Of a stretch of 32,000 bases of DNA, positions 30,428-32,000 are shown one piece after another. The translations under genes were made by a program, and so were the position numbers. The stretch is from contig NZ_PGGB02000001.1 of the NCBI RefSeq assembly GCF_002803295.2, positions 1 to 32,000 of the forward strand. The letters are read 5' to 3'. The notes beneath the pieces were generated by a model, which ran no database searches, had not been told where the DNA came from, and was given only the letters and a program-made list of their open reading frames with translations. Source of the stretch: Caedibacter taeniospiralis (lineage in GTDB: Bacteria > Pseudomonadota > Gammaproteobacteria > Francisellales > Francisellaceae). Each line of letters starts with the position of its first letter. Position 1 is the first letter of the stretch.

Positions 30428-30599
30428 TATCTGCTCCTATTGCAACTATTATTCCGTCAACGAGGTCAATTCTCACATAGAACAACTAAGCAAGCCAATA
30501 AAATAAAATAATCAACTACATAACAAAAAGCTATTGCTAAGGGGGTTTCAACTTAGATAACACTCAGTGCAGAATGGATGGGCAAACAGGTTGAGTATT

Positions 30600-30626
30600 G
30601 GTGGATGCGCCTTTGGCTTATCCACC
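30600..30626. repeat. REP-like hairpin downstream of marR
   Basis: GGTGGAT GCGCCTTTGGCTT ATCCACC is a 7-bp stem and resembles the GC-rich REP units of gammaproteobacteria. Confidence 0.4.
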
Positions 30627-30657
30627 CTACTACCTACCGTCAGAACGAATGGGTATC

Positions 30658-31146
30658 TTATGAAACTTTAGATCCCTGACCTGCTTCACTACTGTTCTGA
30701 AGCTCCTCTAGTGTTTTGGATAAGTTGGCTTTAAGCTTCTCCAGTGTCAGCATAAGGGATTTTTTTTCCTCTTGACTGACATCACTTAAAATTTCGGCAT
30801 AATGCGCAGCAACCGACTTATCAAGCTCCTCTAAGACAGCTAAGCCTCGCTTGGTTACCTGAACGCATTTAGCACGCCGATCACTCTCATGTGCTACGCG
30901 TTCGATTAACCCTTGCTCGGCAAGGCGATCCAAAACTCGAATTAAATTTTGTGCCTCGATTTCCAGATGTCCTGCCAGCTCTATTTGAGTGAGTTTTGGA
31001 CGAAATCTGGCATGCACTAACGCACGACGATCCAATACATTTAAACCGAGTTCTTTGGCGTGTACATTATAAATCTTACGAATCAGAAGTCCTGTGTCAC
31101 AAATAGCAAACTCCAGCAACTGCGTTGTCGCATCATCTATGCTCAC
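30658..31146 (-). CDS. MarR-family transcriptional regulator
   Basis: The 162-aa product shows the wHTH pattern (LTQIELAGHLEIEAQNLIRVLDRLAEQGLIERVAHESDRRAKCVQVTKRG). Confidence 0.85.
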   Translation of the reverse strand: MSIDDATTQLLEFAICDTGLLIRKIYNVHAKELGLNVLDRRALVHARFRPKLTQIELAGHLEIEAQNLIRVLDRLAEQGLIERVAHESDRRAKCVQVTKRGLAVLEELDKSVAAHYAEILSDVSQEEKKSLMLTLEKLKANLSKTLEELQNSSEAGQGSKVS

Positions 31147-32000
31147 CTATTCACCTTTTGTCTTTGTGTCTGGAGCCTGATTATAACAATGGCGCTAGCG
31201 ATTGTCAGCAGGATTCCCAACATCGTTAGACCATCATGAGACTCCGCAAAAAACAGCATCCCAATAGCAGCTGCAAAAATGACATTAGCATAGTAAAGCA
31301 CAGAAAAACTTTGCGCTTGAATATGCGCTAATGCGACTACCAATAGATATTGGACAAAGAAAAAAAGAATGCCTATTAAGCACAAAACCAATAAAGCTTT
31401 AATGGAAACGACTTGCCAAAATGGGATGCTAATAACCCCCGCAATCAAGCTTGAAAACAGAAAGTAATAAAAAACTGTTGTGACACCGCTATCATGTGCT
31501 GAAATTTTTCGCACCATAATAATGGAAAGCGCCATGGATAAGCCTGCCCCCAGTGCCACAATCGCATAGGGACTCATAATGTTTGCATCTGGTTTTAAAA
31601 TCATTACTACGCCTAAAAAGCCAAAACCAAGAGGTAGCCACAACGCATGCTGAAACTTTTGTCTGGCAAAAATAAATAAGATGAAGGGCACAAAAAAAGG
31701 TGACGTATTTGCCAGCAGCACACCATCCACTAGCGAGACATGTGTAATCGAAATAAACAAAAAATAACTAATGCCTAAGCTAAATACTGCTCGCGCCAGA
31801 TGCTGGAGTAGCACCTGTGTTTTAAACAGGTTTCTCTGCCAGTTTCGCCGTTGATAAAACATCAACGGTAGCAATATAAGCAGAGCCACCAAACTTTGAC
31901 TAAATACGATCATAGGAATACTAAGATTTAGGCTAAATACCTTAATTAACGCAGCTTGAACAGCATAAATTAACGCACTTAGCAACGTAAAACTTATCCC
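31143..32000 (-). CDS. EamA/DMT-family transporter (the N-terminus may lie beyond the window edge)
   Basis: At least 280 aa with about 10 hydrophobic segments. It overlaps marR by 4 nt. The reading frame stays open from the Met at 31985 to the window end. Confidence 0.75.
   Translation of the reverse strand, partial: GISFTLLSALIYAVQAALIKVFSLNLSIPMIVFSQSLVALLILLPLMFYQRRNWQRNLFKTQVLLQHLARAVFSLGISYFLFISITHVSLVDGVLLANTSPFFVPFILFIFARQKFQHALWLPLGFGFLGVVMILKPDANIMSPYAIVALGAGLSMALSIIMVRKISAHDSGVTTVFYYFLFSSLIAGVISIPFWQVVSIKALLVLCLIGILFFFVQYLLVVALAHIQAQSFSVLYYANVIFAAAIGMLFFAESHDGLTMLGILLTIASAIVIIRLQTQRQKVNR

Overview
This is a chromosomal window from an AT-rich gammaproteobacterium. By eye the 16S looks Legionellales/Coxiella-like, but I cannot assign a species without a search.
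(1) 1-6.8 kb holds a complete rrn operon (16S, tRNA-Ile-GAT, tRNA-Ala-TGC, 23S, 5S) that is riddled with insertions. A family of palindromic elements has arms made of tandem CTAG-containing heptamers (ACTAGAA/ACTAGAG). Copies sit in 16S helix 6, around both spacer tRNAs, and at the 23S helix 9, 25, 45 and 98 positions. The helix-45 copy carries an S23p-type four-helix-bundle ORF. A separate 301-bp insertion just 5' of helix 69 carries a frameshifted GIY-YIG ORF. The 23S gene is about 4.06 kb instead of about 2.9 kb.
(2) 6.9-15.4 kb holds housekeeping genes: glpK, a Dyp-type peroxidase, a four-gene operon (membrane protein, aminotransferase, RimK-like ATP-grasp, GNAT), purN, purM and a lipoprotein.
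(3) 15.5-25.8 kb is a CRISPR island. It contains an orphan 4-repeat type I-F-style array, a gutted Fic gene, a 6-repeat type I-C array, and a type I-C cas operon in canonical order (cas3-cas5-cas8c-cas7-cas4-cas1-cas2, minus strand). cas3, cas7 and cas1 are each split by a copy of the same GC-rich 188-220 bp non-coding element, present in both orientations. Removing each copy exactly restores a full-length ORF. cas5 has an in-frame TAG where a conserved Trp is expected.
(4) 26-32 kb holds potABC, mltA, a small HTH ORF and marR-eamA.
The two most unusual signals are the cas-splitting element family and the CTAG-heptamer element family that colonises the rRNA operon.
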